Assembly: GCA_030141605.1 (NCBI GenBank)
Contig: JAQGDQ010000343.1
Span: 189,122 to 253,121, forward strand
Origin: Tubiluchus corallicola
Lineage: Eukaryota; Animalia; Priapulida
Length of the DNA: 64,000 bases
Direction of reading: 5' to 3'
Made by a program: the position numbers and the translations under genes. The notes under the pieces are model-generated. The model saw only the letters and a list, made by a program, of their open reading frames with translations. It searched no databases and was not told the origin of the DNA. Shown here in pieces: positions 25,263 through 36,408 of the stretch; the stretch's first letter is position 1; every line of letters begins with the position of its first letter.

Positions 25263-27278
25263 TGCAACTTCGAGGTTCAATATTGTCAGAAACCTTGCAG
25301 TTACAGTGAGCACTAGGGCTGAGCATTCTCTACTGCAACTTCAAGGTTCAATATTGGCAGAAACATTGCAGTTACAGTGAGCACTAGGGGTGAGCATTCT
25401 CTACTGCAACTTCGAGTTTCAATATTGTCAGAAACCTTGCAGTTACAGTGAGCACTAGGGGTGAGCATTCTCTACTGCAACTTCGAGTTTCAATATTGTC
25501 AGAAACCTAGCAGTTACAGTGAGCACTAGGGGTGAGGATTCTCTACTGCAACTTCGAGGTTCAATATTGGCAGAAACCTTGCAGTTACAGTGAGCACTAG
25601 GGGTGAGCATTCTCTACTGCAACTTCGAGGTTCAATATTGGCAGAAACCTTGCAGTTACAGTGAGCACTAGGGGTGAGCATTCTCTACTGCAGCTTGGAG
25701 GTTCAATATTGGCAGAAACCTTGCAGTTACAGTGAGCATTCTCTACTGCATCTTCGAGGTTCAATACTGGCAGAAACCTTGCAGTTACAGTGAGCACTAG
25801 GGGTGAGCATTCTCTACTGCATCTTCAAGGTTCAATATTGGCAGAAACATTGCAGTTACAGTGAGCACTAGGGGTGAGCATTCTCTACTGCAGCTTGGAG
25901 GTTCAATATTGGCAGAAACCTTGCAGTTACAGTGAGCACTAGGGGTGAGCATTCTCTACTGCAGCTTGGAGGTTCAATATTGGCAGAAACCTTGCAGTTA
26001 CAGTGACCACTAGGGGTGAGCATTCTCTACTGCATCTTCGAGGTTCCATACTGGCAGAAACCTTGCAGTTACAGTGAGCACTAGGGGTGAGCATTCTCTA
26101 CTGCAGCTTGGAGGTTCAATATTGGCAGAAACCTTGCAGTTACAGTGAGCACTAGGGGTGAGCATTCTCTACTGCAGCTTGGAGGTTCAATATTGGCAGA
26201 AACCTTGCAGTTACAGTGAGCAGTAGGGGTGAGCATTCTCTACTGCAGCTTGGAGGTTCAATATTGGCAGAAACCTTGCAGTTACAGTGAGCACTAGGGG
26301 TGAGCATTCTCTACTGCAACTTCAAGATTCAATATTGGCAGAAACCTTGCAGTTACAGTGAACACTAGGGCTGAGCATTCTCTACTGCAACTTCAAGGTT
26401 CAATATTGGCAGAAACCTTGCAGCTACAGTGAGCACTAGGGGTGAGCATTCTCTACTGCAACTTCGAGGTTCAATATTGGCAGAACCCTTGCAGTTACAG
26501 TGAGCACTAGGGGTGAGCATTCTCTACTGCAACTTCGAGGTTCAATATTGGCAGAAACCTTGCAGTTACAGTGAGCATTCTCTACTGCAACTTCGAGGTT
26601 CAATATTGGCAGAAACCTTGCAGTTACAGTGAGCACTAGGGGTGAGCATTCTCTACTGCAACTTCGAGGTTCAATATTGGCAGAAACCTTGCAGTTACAG
26701 TGAGCACTAGGGGTGAGCATTCTCTACTGCAGCTTGGAGGTTCAATACTGGCAGAAACCTTGCAGTTACAGTGAGCACTAGGGGTGAGCATTCTCTACTG
26801 CAACTTCAAGATTCAATATTGGCAGAAACCTTGCAGTTACAGTGAACACTAGGGGTGAGCATTCTCTACTGCAACTTCAAGGTTCAATATTGGCAGAAAC
26901 CTTGCAGCTACAGTGAGCACTAGGGGTGAGCATTCTCTACTGCAACTTCGAGGTTCAATATTGGCAGAAACCTTGCAGTTACAGTGAGCACTAGGGGTGA
27001 GCATTCTCTACTGCAACTTCGAGGTTCAATATTGGCAGAAACCTTGCAGTTACAGTGAGCACTAGGGGTGAGCATTCTCTACTGCATCTTCGAGGTTCAA
27101 TATTGGCAGAAACCTTGCAGTTACAGTGAGCATTCTCTACTGCAACTTCGAGGTTCAATATTGGCAGAAACCTTGCAGTTACAGTGAGCACTAGGGGTGA
27201 GCATTCTCTACTGCATCTTCAAGGTTCAATATTGGCAGAAACCTTGCAGTTACAGTGAGCACTAGGTGTGAGCATTCT
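25263..27278. repeat. 71-bp tandem repeat, about 28 copies, in PGBD-like intron 5
   Basis: Unit TGCAACTTCGAGGTTCAATATTGGCAGAAACCTTGCAGTTACAGTGAGCACTAGGGGTGAGCATTCTCTAC. Some units lack 13 bp between the two GTGAGCA motifs. Confidence 0.97.
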
Positions 27279-27627
27279 GTACCAGAAAGGAAATTCGAAT
27301 CGAATTTGTGACTTTTGAATTGGAATCGAACCGAATTTCAGTATTTCAAATTCGAATTGAGATTGAAAGATTTTCGCACAAGTTTTCGAACCACGAGTAA
27401 AAATTAGTCTTACAAAGATCATGCAGATTACTCGATTTTGTTCTGCAGTACAACCACTGAAAATTTGTTTAAAATTGTGCACAGAAATCACAGCTAAATT
27501 CTTCAAATTTCATGATAAAGAACGTATGTGGTTTTGAAGTACTGAATTATTCGAATCTATAGGTTTAGGTTCGAATCGAATTCGAACTAAAAAAACTCCA
27601 TTCAAATGTTCGACGCTTACCCCTAGT
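27261..27627 (+). mobile_element. Helentron/DINE-like non-autonomous element; second copy at 28653-29055
   Basis: CTAGGTGTGAGCAT...GCTTACCCCTAGT termini with internal TTCGAATCGAA repeats. Two related copies. Confidence 0.55.
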
Positions 27628-27646
27628 GAGCACCATTATAGCATAC

Positions 27647-27883
27647 CTCATTAGCTTTGTAGTAGAACAAATGCCGGTGCAGTTTCTTCGACGGTCTTCC
27701 AAAAGAAAAATTCTGTTGCAGTTGTTCGACCATTTCATAAGCCTTGGAATATTCCTTGAAATTTGTGATGTTCTGCGGAACTGGCATGCATTTCAACTCG
27801 CTGATGTGGCTGTCCTTGTACACCTTCCACCTCATAGGCATGCTCTTTGCCGATGGGTTTGTAGTTGTAGACATTAGACACAT
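27647..27883 (-). CDS. PGBD-like gene, exon 5
   Basis: MCLMSTT...PQNITNFKEYSKAYEMVEQLQQNFSFGRPSKKLHRHLFYY aligns to P..i.dYn..mgGVD..DQ....y...r.t.kww..lf, with GGVD replaced by KAYE. AG/GT boundaries, 237 nt. Confidence 0.85.
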
Positions 27884-27885
27884 CT

Positions 27886-28370
27886 ATGGGCATAACCATA
27901 GAGGAAAGAAAGAAAATTGAATTTGGTAAAGGAGAATTACCTTTACGTAAATTGAGAATCATGTTGCTGGAACGAAGCCTATGCGCATAATCCGTAGAGG
28001 AAAGAAAGAGAAATTGAATTTGTTAAAGGAGAAGCATGTTGCTGGAACGAAGCCTATGGGCATAATCCGTAGAGGAAAGAAAGAGAAATTGAATTTGTTA
28101 AAGGAGAAGCATGTTGCTGGAACGAAGCCTATGGGCATAATCCGTAGAGGAAAGAAAGAGAAATTGAATTTGTTAAAGGAGAAGCATGTTGCTGGAACGA
28201 AGCCTATGGGCATAATCCGTAGAGGAAAGAAAGAGAAATTGAATTTGTTAAAGGAGAAGCATGTTGCTGGAACGAAGCCTATGGGCATAATCCGTAGAGG
28301 AAAGAAAGAAAATTGAATTTGTTAAAGGGGAAGTACTTTTACGTAAATTGAGAAGCATGTTGCTGGAAAG
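27886..28370. repeat. 75-bp tandem repeat (about 5-6 copies) at the acceptor of PGBD-like exon 5
   Basis: ATGTTGCTGGAACGAAGCCTATGGGCATAATCCGTAGAGGAAAGAAAGAGAAATTGAATTTGTTAAAGGAGAAGC. Confidence 0.95.
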
Positions 28371-29509
28371 AAGCCACCTTCCAGCAATATGGCAGCTGCC
28401 TGTCATCAGATATTTATCATTACTTAGAAACTTTTGGTAATTACAGGAAAGCTTGCATTTGCTTGAGCCAAACAAACCACCAAATCACTTTTTCAAACAT
28501 TTTGATTATCGACTAGTTAGGAAAATAAGTGCTTTCATTGAAACAGCACCTCCCTGCACAGCTTACATGCTCAAAGGCTTTCTTTGCACTTTTTTGTTTC
28601 AACTGCTAATAACGTACTTTGAGGCATTTTAGATATTAACTGTTAATCACAGTTAGGTGTGAGCATTCTGTGCCAGAAAATGAACTCGAACCGAATCAAG
28701 TTTGTGACTTTCAAATTCGAATCGAACAGAATTTCCAGATCTCGAATCCGCATCGAATTTCAATTCCGTTTTAAAGATTTTCATATAAATTTTCGATTCA
28801 CTAATAAAAAGCGGTCTCACAAAGATCATGCATATTGCTTCATTTTGTTTTGCACTGAAAACACTAATATTTGTCTGAAAACTAAACACAGAAATCCAGC
28901 TAAACTTGATTGCTTGCTGTTTCAAATGTTTTAATGATAAAGAATGATAGTTGAAATGGTGTATTATTTGAATCCATAATTTTAGCCTCAAATCAAATTC
29001 AAATTAAAAAAAACTTGTTCGAATCGAGCTGGAACGCTCGATGCTCACTGCTAATAACAGTAAAAGTACATTTACAGTAACTAAATACGAAACGTCAATG
29101 AGAAGTCGAAATTTCTTAATGTCATTGTTTCCCAACGTGAATTTAACTTGGACAACCTCTGTCTTGGGTGCAGTGTTTCTTGTTCCTTATTTATATTTTA
29201 TAATGGTATAACTTTCATTGTGTTCATTTGTAAAGGGTTTCCAAATTAACATTTAATGAACAACATAAATGATCTTCTGATTCTAACACTAAAGACCTTT
29301 GCTTTTGGGATAGCGTTTCCAATCCAGATTTGCAGTGATTATAAAGGCGATGTTAGCGACTGTTGCAAACATAGTCCAGTTGCAAAACTGGACAACTGGT
29401 GCAATTAATTCACATTGTTCTTGCCAGAGCAAGCACTGAACTAAATCCGACAAGTTGAGGCTGGATCTGGATGAGTCTTTGTAACAATGATAATTGCAAT
29501 TGCACTTAC

Positions 29510-29710
29510 CTTTTTCCTTTCCACCCAAGCTGATACAAGCACGGGACCGTCCTGTGCATTTACCATTTCTCCCAAAGTCATGGTTTTGGCCTCGAGTGAC
29601 TTGATGTCTTGGGGTTGATCGTCCTTCCTGACGTAGCCCGCGCCGTAAGAGTTCTGTATGTATAGGTAGTCAAGCAACTGCACCGTCATCGGTATGTTGT
29701 CGAAATAAAT
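29510..29710 (-). CDS. PGBD-like gene, exon 4
   Basis: IYFDNIPMTVQLLDYL...GAGYVRK...GEMV...VSAWVERKK. The second catalytic D (DN) is retained. AG/GT boundaries, 201 nt. Confidence 0.9.
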
Positions 29711-30434
29711 CTGCAACAAGTTTTTTACAAATTCAATATACAAATGGACTTAACAACAGTTGAGCAACATTAGAACAACATTGAAATAATTTGGAGAAAT
29801 TGAATCACGCTGCACATCTTTTCCCTACAGATAAGCTAAAGTGCAAATATCGACCTTAAGCTCTAGAATAGTGTGGATTAACAGCAATGATAAGGCCATC
29901 AGATAAGTGCTTTACCGCCCTTCCGCCTCTTGTAAGCATGTTTTACAACAGTGGACAGTGAGTGGTTAAATAAAATGTATAGGTTTAAATAGTCAGTGAC
30001 AGATGCACACATTCAAGCACTTTATTCATTCAAAGATATTTATAAAGCAAACTATTGAACATACAAAATGCCACAACTCAGTACAGATTTATAAAATTTT
30101 CATTTACAATTTAATTAAAAACAGAAATGATAACTCGTTAAAGCAAACAAGACAAAGCGTGACAGAATTTATCTTTCAAGAATCAAATATAGAAAAATCA
30201 GTAATTCAAATTCCATTACTTCGGATTGCATTGTACTTTCAGGAGTGTCATCTCGTGCCAGTTTGACTACATCTAAATCAGACTTTACCATACATTTTTG
30301 GTTTCAGGGCTTAACTGGACACTCCATATGGTGTGTTAACAGCCAGGATGTCAGTTGGCTGTTCCACCATATTCCCAACCCACCTTCTTTGATTAATAAA
30401 GTAATCTTTAGATATTAATTCTTGTTTTTCTTAC

Positions 30435-30602
30435 CCTGTGAAAGTGGTTGTAGAAAGTGGTAAGCAGTCGATCAATTATCTGCCCTTGCAAGTTACCCTG
30501 GAAATGTATCAGCCCGTCATCTACATGGTCTGGTTCCTTGCCTAAGAAGTGAAACTCGTCAAGAAACGTGTAACCCGTTAATGGATCCGCCACTACATAC
30601 AC
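30435..30602 (-). CDS. PGBD-like gene, exon 3
   Basis: VYVVADPLTGYTFLDEFHFLGK...IIDRLLTTFYNHFHR, compare w..cDa.tGY....iY.GK...vv.rL. AG/GT boundaries, 168 nt. Confidence 0.88.
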
Positions 30603-31004
30603 CTGGGTAAAGCAAAAAAACATAAGTACATTTACATTCCAGTTAATAAGGATGATTTTGTTGATTTTAAAACAGCATGTCAACGTTTCGCAAAAGTTTG
30701 ATAACACTTTCGGAAACACACATAGTTGTACAATGCACCAAGCTTTGAAAAGATTAATCAGTGATAACTGAATCGCGGTTTAAATAAATTTCAGTAACAG
30801 GCAAAACAACCTATTCCCAAATAACCATTTGGAAATGTTCAAAAACGGCCATTAACATGCAAAGAAAATTTGGTATTATTTTAGAAAAACAGCGAGAATT
30901 CAAATCGCTTCCGCTGCACTAATTTCATTCACTGAACTTTTAACAAGACGAGGGGAGGACGGGTGATGGAGGTTTATCGATCAAGATCAAAAAATGCACT
31001 TTTA

Positions 31005-31485
31005 GAAGCTCATAAGATTAAACTAATGACTTTGTCTTGTCTATTCTAGAACTGTTCCTCCGAGCTCACGAGGTTAAACTAATGGCTTCGTCATGTCCAT
31101 TCTAGAACGGTTCCTCTGATCTCATGAGGTTAAACTAAGGGTTTTGTCATATCCTTTCTAGAACTGTTCCTCTGATCTCATAAGGTTAAACTAAGGGTTT
31201 TGTCATATCCTTTCTAGAACTGTTCCTCTGAGCTCAAGAGGTTAAACTAATGGCTTTGTCATATCCATTCTAGAACTGTTTCTCTGAGCTCATAAGGTTA
31301 AACTAATGGCTTTGTCATATCCATTCTAGAACTGTTTCTCTGAGCTCACGAGGTTAAACCAATGGCTTTGTCATATCCATTCTAGAACTGTTTCTCTGAG
31401 CTCATAAGGTTAAACTAATGGCTTTGTCACGTCCATTCTAGAACTTCCTCTGAGCTCACGAGATTAAACTAAGGGTTTTGCCGTA
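31005..31485. repeat. 56-bp tandem repeat, about 8.5 copies
   Basis: GAGCTCATAAGGTTAAACTAATGGCTTTGTCATATCCATTCTAGAACTGTTTCTCT. Confidence 0.95.
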
Positions 31486-31538
31486 TCCTCAATAAGACAA
31501 ACTATCTCATCATTTGATTATTGAGTCAGTATACTTGC

Positions 31539-31662
31539 CTCGTAACGGCTCCGTATGTTCGGAGATGGACGTTCATGACAGAAGACCTTTGTTGTCTGTT
31601 TGCCTTTCAAGCCAATAACCATTTGGTAAACAGCGATCTCTGGACTAGGGTTTCTGGCACAT
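31539..31662 (-). CDS. PGBD-like gene, exon 2 (GC donor)
   Basis: ttgcAG acceptor. RCARNPSPEIAVYQMVIGLKGKQ.. aligns to the piggyBac P...L.vDE.m..FkGR block with D replaced by Y. The frame is kept only with the GAG|GCAAGT donor. Confidence 0.8.
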
Positions 31663-32486
31663 CTGCAAGTGAAAATTGCAACATTCTAGTTACACAAATT
31701 TAAAACCAGAGACAAGAGTAAGAGTCAGCATCAGTGACAACAAGCTTTGTTTAACACAAGAACAGGTCTTAGAGGAATATATCTGATTGAGAGAGCAAGG
31801 TCCATAGCTGCCTTGGACACAGCACGACTTGTTTGATATTATAAAGATAGGTCAAAAAAACAATGCTTACGGTCACTTATCCAAGTACATGGCTAAGTCA
31901 GTTTATTTAACTTTGATAACTGTTCCACTTAATTCTATACATGAACTTTGTTTGGTTACATTACTTACTTGACATGTGTTAGTGGGAAGTAGTTTTGCTA
32001 GTGTGCGTCTGTTGCCTGTCCTAATGCAGCTGACAATTAACCAGCTTTAGGTTATTGCTGAGACATAATCTTTAGTCTGCACTATGTAGTAATACACTGT
32101 ACTTTGAAACTTTGAACTTCTTTATTTCTGAAAGCTTCCACGCCACAAACAATTTTTGAAACCTGCAGTATATCAACTGATAAAATTATGATATAGTTTG
32201 CAATTCAATTTGATTAAATACATGACATTTGTTTGAATTTAAACTTGTTTTTGCTAAAATTTTGTCATTGTAATATGAGTGTGGCACATAAAATGTAGGC
32301 TACTGTGTGCTTATAATAACTGTACAGGCCAGTAATGTAAATTTTTGTCATAAACCATTTGCTTAATATCTAGGCCGTTTCAACTAGTAAATAGTAAAAA
32401 ATACTGTTTAGTTAGGTAATAATTACAGGGCCAAATAGGTGTGATAAAAATTTCAAGTATTTCTATGTAGGAAGAAAATGAGATAC

Positions 32487-33226
32487 CTTGCATTTTTATT
32501 TATTCTGTCCACAACCTGCCTAATCCGGAGCAATGGATCCTGTTTCTCTGCCTCTTTCTGTAATTTTCCCGCCTCGGATTGGGGGTGTGCATATGGATGA
32601 TCAGAATACGATAAGTACTTACTAATTTGTCTGAACCTGTTGCGACTCATCGTTTTACTGATCAGAGCATTCCCAAGATCGTCATCATTAGACCAGTAGT
32701 CCAACATGAAAGCTTGCTTGTTGTAGCCCATTATTATGAGAATGCCCAGGAATGCTTTCATCTCAGCGACTGTGACCGGATACCATTTGGAACTGGTCTC
32801 TTTCGCATTTTCCCAACGCCTTTGCTGCGCGTAACGGTTGGTCGATCTGACAAGATACGAAATCAGCTGCCCATCAAAAATTTGATAGAAATAATCTATT
32901 TCTCTGGCCTCGGGTCCCAGTGGAAAAGCCGCTCCGGGAGGGGGACCAGCAAACGGTTTGGGCGTCCACGGAGAGACCTCTTTCTTCCAATTCCGCCACT
33001 CGGCTCCTTGATTTGGGTTGCGCACGCTGGTGTGACTGCATTGCTGTCGATTCTCCTGGTATCCCTCCTCCTGCCCGTGCGGTGGTTGTTGCTGCTCTAT
33101 GTGCGGTTGCGACTGATCGTGAAATACGATGATTAAATCATTATTTGCACTAGTTGTGTCCACGTAAGCTTGTTCTCTGTTTTGTTGCTGTACGTATTCA
33201 CACATCACGTAGTTTTCGCTGTACAT
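32487..33226 (-). CDS. piggyBac transposase-derived (PGBD-like) gene, exon 1
   Basis: First in-frame ATG at 33226. YFYQIFDGQLISYLVRSTNRYA..W.PVTVAEMKAFLGILIIMG..DYWS..MSRNRFRQISKYL..DPLLRIR is the piggyBac N-terminal core. Donor AG|GTATCT, phase 2. Confidence 0.92.
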
Positions 33227-33229
33227 GAT

Positions 33230-33400
33230 TACGTAACGAAAGACGCTAAGCACATCTGCACAGATCAGCGCTTGCAATATGGCGGATCTCGGCGTCCGCT
33301 GGCGTGTTGACGATCAGCAAGTTGGCGCAAAATGCGAAACGGAAACCATAACGAAATGTTAGATTGAGCGTCTTTCTTGTTCGTGCTAGACAAGCGTTAC
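33230..33400 (-). promoter_or_regulatory. Putative CpG-rich promoter of the PGBD-like gene
   Basis: Local CpG enrichment in an AT-rich background just upstream of the ATG. YY1-like AATATGGCGG at about 33276-33285. Confidence 0.4.
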
Positions 33401-34139
33401 TCTAGTGGTTAATTACTGTGATGGTTATTCGTAAAGCTATATTTAAACTACCAGTACGTAATGGTTTTAGTAAAACAGTCTGGTTACTGTATAATTACCC
33501 TTTTGATTGCTTTGTTGCCTGTCTGATTAGCTTTATTGCTTGACTGGCTGGTTTGTAGACTAGCTATCTATATCAATGTGTTTGATTTAATTCTAATTAA
33601 TTGAATACAGAGTGGTACTTTGTACGTCTGCAGGAATCAATTGACAAAAATATGAACATTATTTTCTTATTTATCAGGGAAATGTTTGCAGTGATGAACA
33701 TTTTGATAAAAAATATAAAAAAACATGTCATTAAAACAATTACTTATTGCCATGATCCAGAAATATGCAATTTGTTGGTTAGTGGTTATTTTGTTAAACA
33801 GAAGTTAACACTTTAGTTAAATGTATTTATCGTGGCTAGAGCTGTAACTGTTTTTCACTATACATGTATCCCGCCACAACCATCCGGACTGGATTCCAGT
33901 TTGAAGATTGCAACATTCTCTATCGTGTATATACAATTCTGTCACACTGATCAGTGCCAAGCCTAAGAAACATGCCGGTGTTTTAGTTCCTTTTCATGCA
34001 TTTGTAATTATTTGCGCGTATCTGTCTTATCTGTATTTGTATTTATAATTATATGTAATATCCGCGTATTTGTAATTATCTATCTTAAATTACTCTTGAA
34101 TTGCATAAGTGTAATTCTCGGTTTTTTTCTACATTCTAG

Positions 34140-34321
34140 CTGAAGCCTTGCTTGACATGTCACAGTCGGTCCAGTTAGCATCGCCCAGTTCCAGCTACAT
34201 GGGCGTGTCACCGGGTCACAGTCAGACCAGTAGTGCCCTCATAATGCGCTTGCAGTTCTCTGAGCTCGAGAGTCCAGGATTCGCCTACCAACCGATGTTC
34301 TCTCTCCATTGTAGCAACATG
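34140..34321 (+). CDS. SMPD4: SMPD4 exon
   Basis: ttctAG..GTAAAG. (A)EALLDMSQ...ELESPGFAYQPMFSLHCSNM, compare SMPD4 SLEGQDCKYTPMFG. Phases are consistent with neighbouring exons. Confidence 0.85.
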
Positions 34322-34365
34322 GTAAAGTCTTGCATGCAGTAATTAATCAAATTATGCTAAATTCA

Positions 34366-34725
34366 GGGTTCCCACAGTTAAGGAAAATCCTTGAAAATAC
34401 AGGCTAGCCTGGAAAGTCGTGGAAAAGTCGGAAAAAGATAATTTAGTAAAAAGTCAGGGAAAATTATGAAAATGGGGCAAAAAATAAGGGTAATTAGAAA
34501 GGGTTGCAAAAATAATCACCGTGAACTGATATTTTTCCAAACATATTTTTCAGCGATTCGTGTTCAAATGAAATTTTGCTATGGCAGGTTCCCAATTTCA
34601 ATTTCTCTTCCAAAAATAATGATTGGATTAAGAAAGTTTATTTAATGTGTTTAGTTTAATTTCGTTAGCACCACTGCAACTGTGCCAACACATTATATAT
34701 CAGTATATGTATGAATGTCCATACA
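34366..34725 (+). mobile_element. hAT/P-like repeat fragment (5' part); a related copy with the 3' end lies at about 37377-37827
   Basis: CAGGGTTCCCACAG at 34366 and CTGTGGGAAACCTTG at about 37812-37826. About 340 bp of near-identical direct repeat. Confidence 0.6.
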
Positions 34726-35073
34726 CAAAAAAATCTGAACACATACACACATCTGAAAAATTTTGCACCTCTACTGGGAATCGAACACAGGCATGCAAGA
34801 CGCTCATGAAATGTTTGTTCTGTTGAGAATTGTGTTCATTTGTGATGTCATCACTAATTGGACTCGCTCGCCATTAATTAAGTTTTTAACCTATTATATT
34901 AACTATCAGAAACGCTTTAGCAGTATTATAGGTTTTAAAAGATTCAAGATTTATTTATTTTGCAAAATGGCTAGTAAAATGTATACTTTTTACCATACTT
35001 CAAAATGGGGTAGGCTACGAAACTCATCCTGTTTTTCTTTAAATGTAATTTTGAATCTGATTTTCATTTTCAG

Positions 35074-35277
35074 ATACAGCAGTTGCTAGAATACATCACA
35101 CAGGCGACTTCCAATGTCCAACTGTCAATAGTGGCGCATACACGAGGTGCCAACAAGTCCTGGATGCATTGGCTTCTAACGGGAAGTCCTTACAATGATG
35201 ACTTCAACCTCAATGAAGCCAAACGAGCGGAGATACATCTGGAACATAGCTCAAACCATCTGTGCCAAATGTTCAAT
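35074..35277 (+). CDS. SMPD4: SMPD4 exon
   Basis: tttcAG..GTAAGC, 204 nt, phase 0. IQQLLEYITQA...EAKRAEIHLEHSSNHLCQMFN, compare LAQLITQA...KTDEYLEKALEYLRQIF. Confidence 0.88.
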
Positions 35278-36110
35278 GTAAGCGCTCCGATTTTTTTGAT
35301 TTGCATAAGGGAGCATCCATGCAACACCACTTATGTGCTTTTGTATAGCAAAATCGTTCATAAGTCGACAATTGAGTTTTTCTAGTTATTTACATATCCT
35401 GAATCTCCATTTCACGAGGATCATTTTGATACCAAGTTCATTGCTCTATGTTATTTCTAAGCTTAGATAATCTATGTTGAAGTTGGGGTGCACGCTACAC
35501 ACAGAAAAACGTAATCCTGAGAAAATCACTGTTAAAGTCAGCCATTGTTTTTTGTAGATTTCTACAAAACACTTAGCAACTGTAGATATGTTGCTTGCAA
35601 GAGCACATTGAAGTCCATAGTTTAGTGTTTAAAACCAATAGATGGCTCTTCCTATGAAAGATCTCGGCTTGGCAACAGAAAAAACCTGAAGCAATATGAA
35701 TGCTTCCACGAACTACTATCATTTTTTTAAAACATGACCAGAAGATGTTACCACAAAAGTGGAATAAAATGTAATTATACATTTACATTTAGTTGTTAAG
35801 AAAACTGTGCTAGAATGAATTATTTTTAACGGTAGAACAGAAATGAGTATTGTGCTGATGATTAAACCTTGACTCTCTGGTTCCTGTACATCTAGTAGTA
35901 AAACTGAATTTAAAGCGTACAAAAAGCGCAAGTTTATCTGGCACCACGGAACAGTCTAGGTTTCATTACTCCACGTCAGAATTACAGAAGGAAAGGCAAG
36001 ATAAATTTAGCTGAAAAGAGACATGCAAATTTATCTAGCAAATGTGCAGCAAAACTATAAACTTTTCCTAAGAAAACAAGAGTACTTCATGTACCTTTTA
36101 TCTATTTTAG

Positions 36111-36263
36111 CTTACAAGTCCGAGTTCTGACACGCACACCAAGCAGGTGATTTGGGGGCCAAGTTCAGGAACCGAACAGGTGACTTCAGATCTTTCCGGG
36201 AAGTATCCTGATTGCATCAAGGCAGATGACATGTTACAGTTGACTCCACTTGGTCGTTATCAG
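36111..36263 (+). CDS. SMPD4: SMPD4 exon
   Basis: ttttAG..GTAAAT, 153 nt. Ends [21 protein letters not shown], compare [20 protein letters not shown]. Not listed in the ORF track. Confidence 0.92.
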
Positions 36264-36408
36264 GTAAATCATAAAAAGTCAAATGAACTCATGTTAACAC
36301 TTAAAGAAATATAGCATCGCGACATATGCCTGGCGGAAAGCTTCCCGGTCAAGGATTCGGTTTATTTTTGTTGGAATTTCTGCCAATAATGAGCACAGCG
36401 AATTTTTA

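Noticed and set aside
25263-27278. CRISPR-like appearance of the tandem arrays (also 2378, 16605, 47230, 54582)
   Set aside because: Units are contiguous with no unique spacers, there are no cas genes, and the context is eukaryotic. These are satellites.
27959-28316. 25-aa repeat ORFs on both strands
   Set aside because: 75-bp intronic tandem repeat.
29950-29970. piggyBac-like ends GGACAGTGAGTGGTTAA (and GTAGTGAAAGGGTTAA at about 56807-56822)
   Set aside because: Single unpaired ends. The first lies inside an intron of the PGBD-like gene, so it cannot be that gene's terminus.
32627-33136. 169-aa + strand ORF
   Set aside because: Antisense shadow of PGBD-like exon 1.
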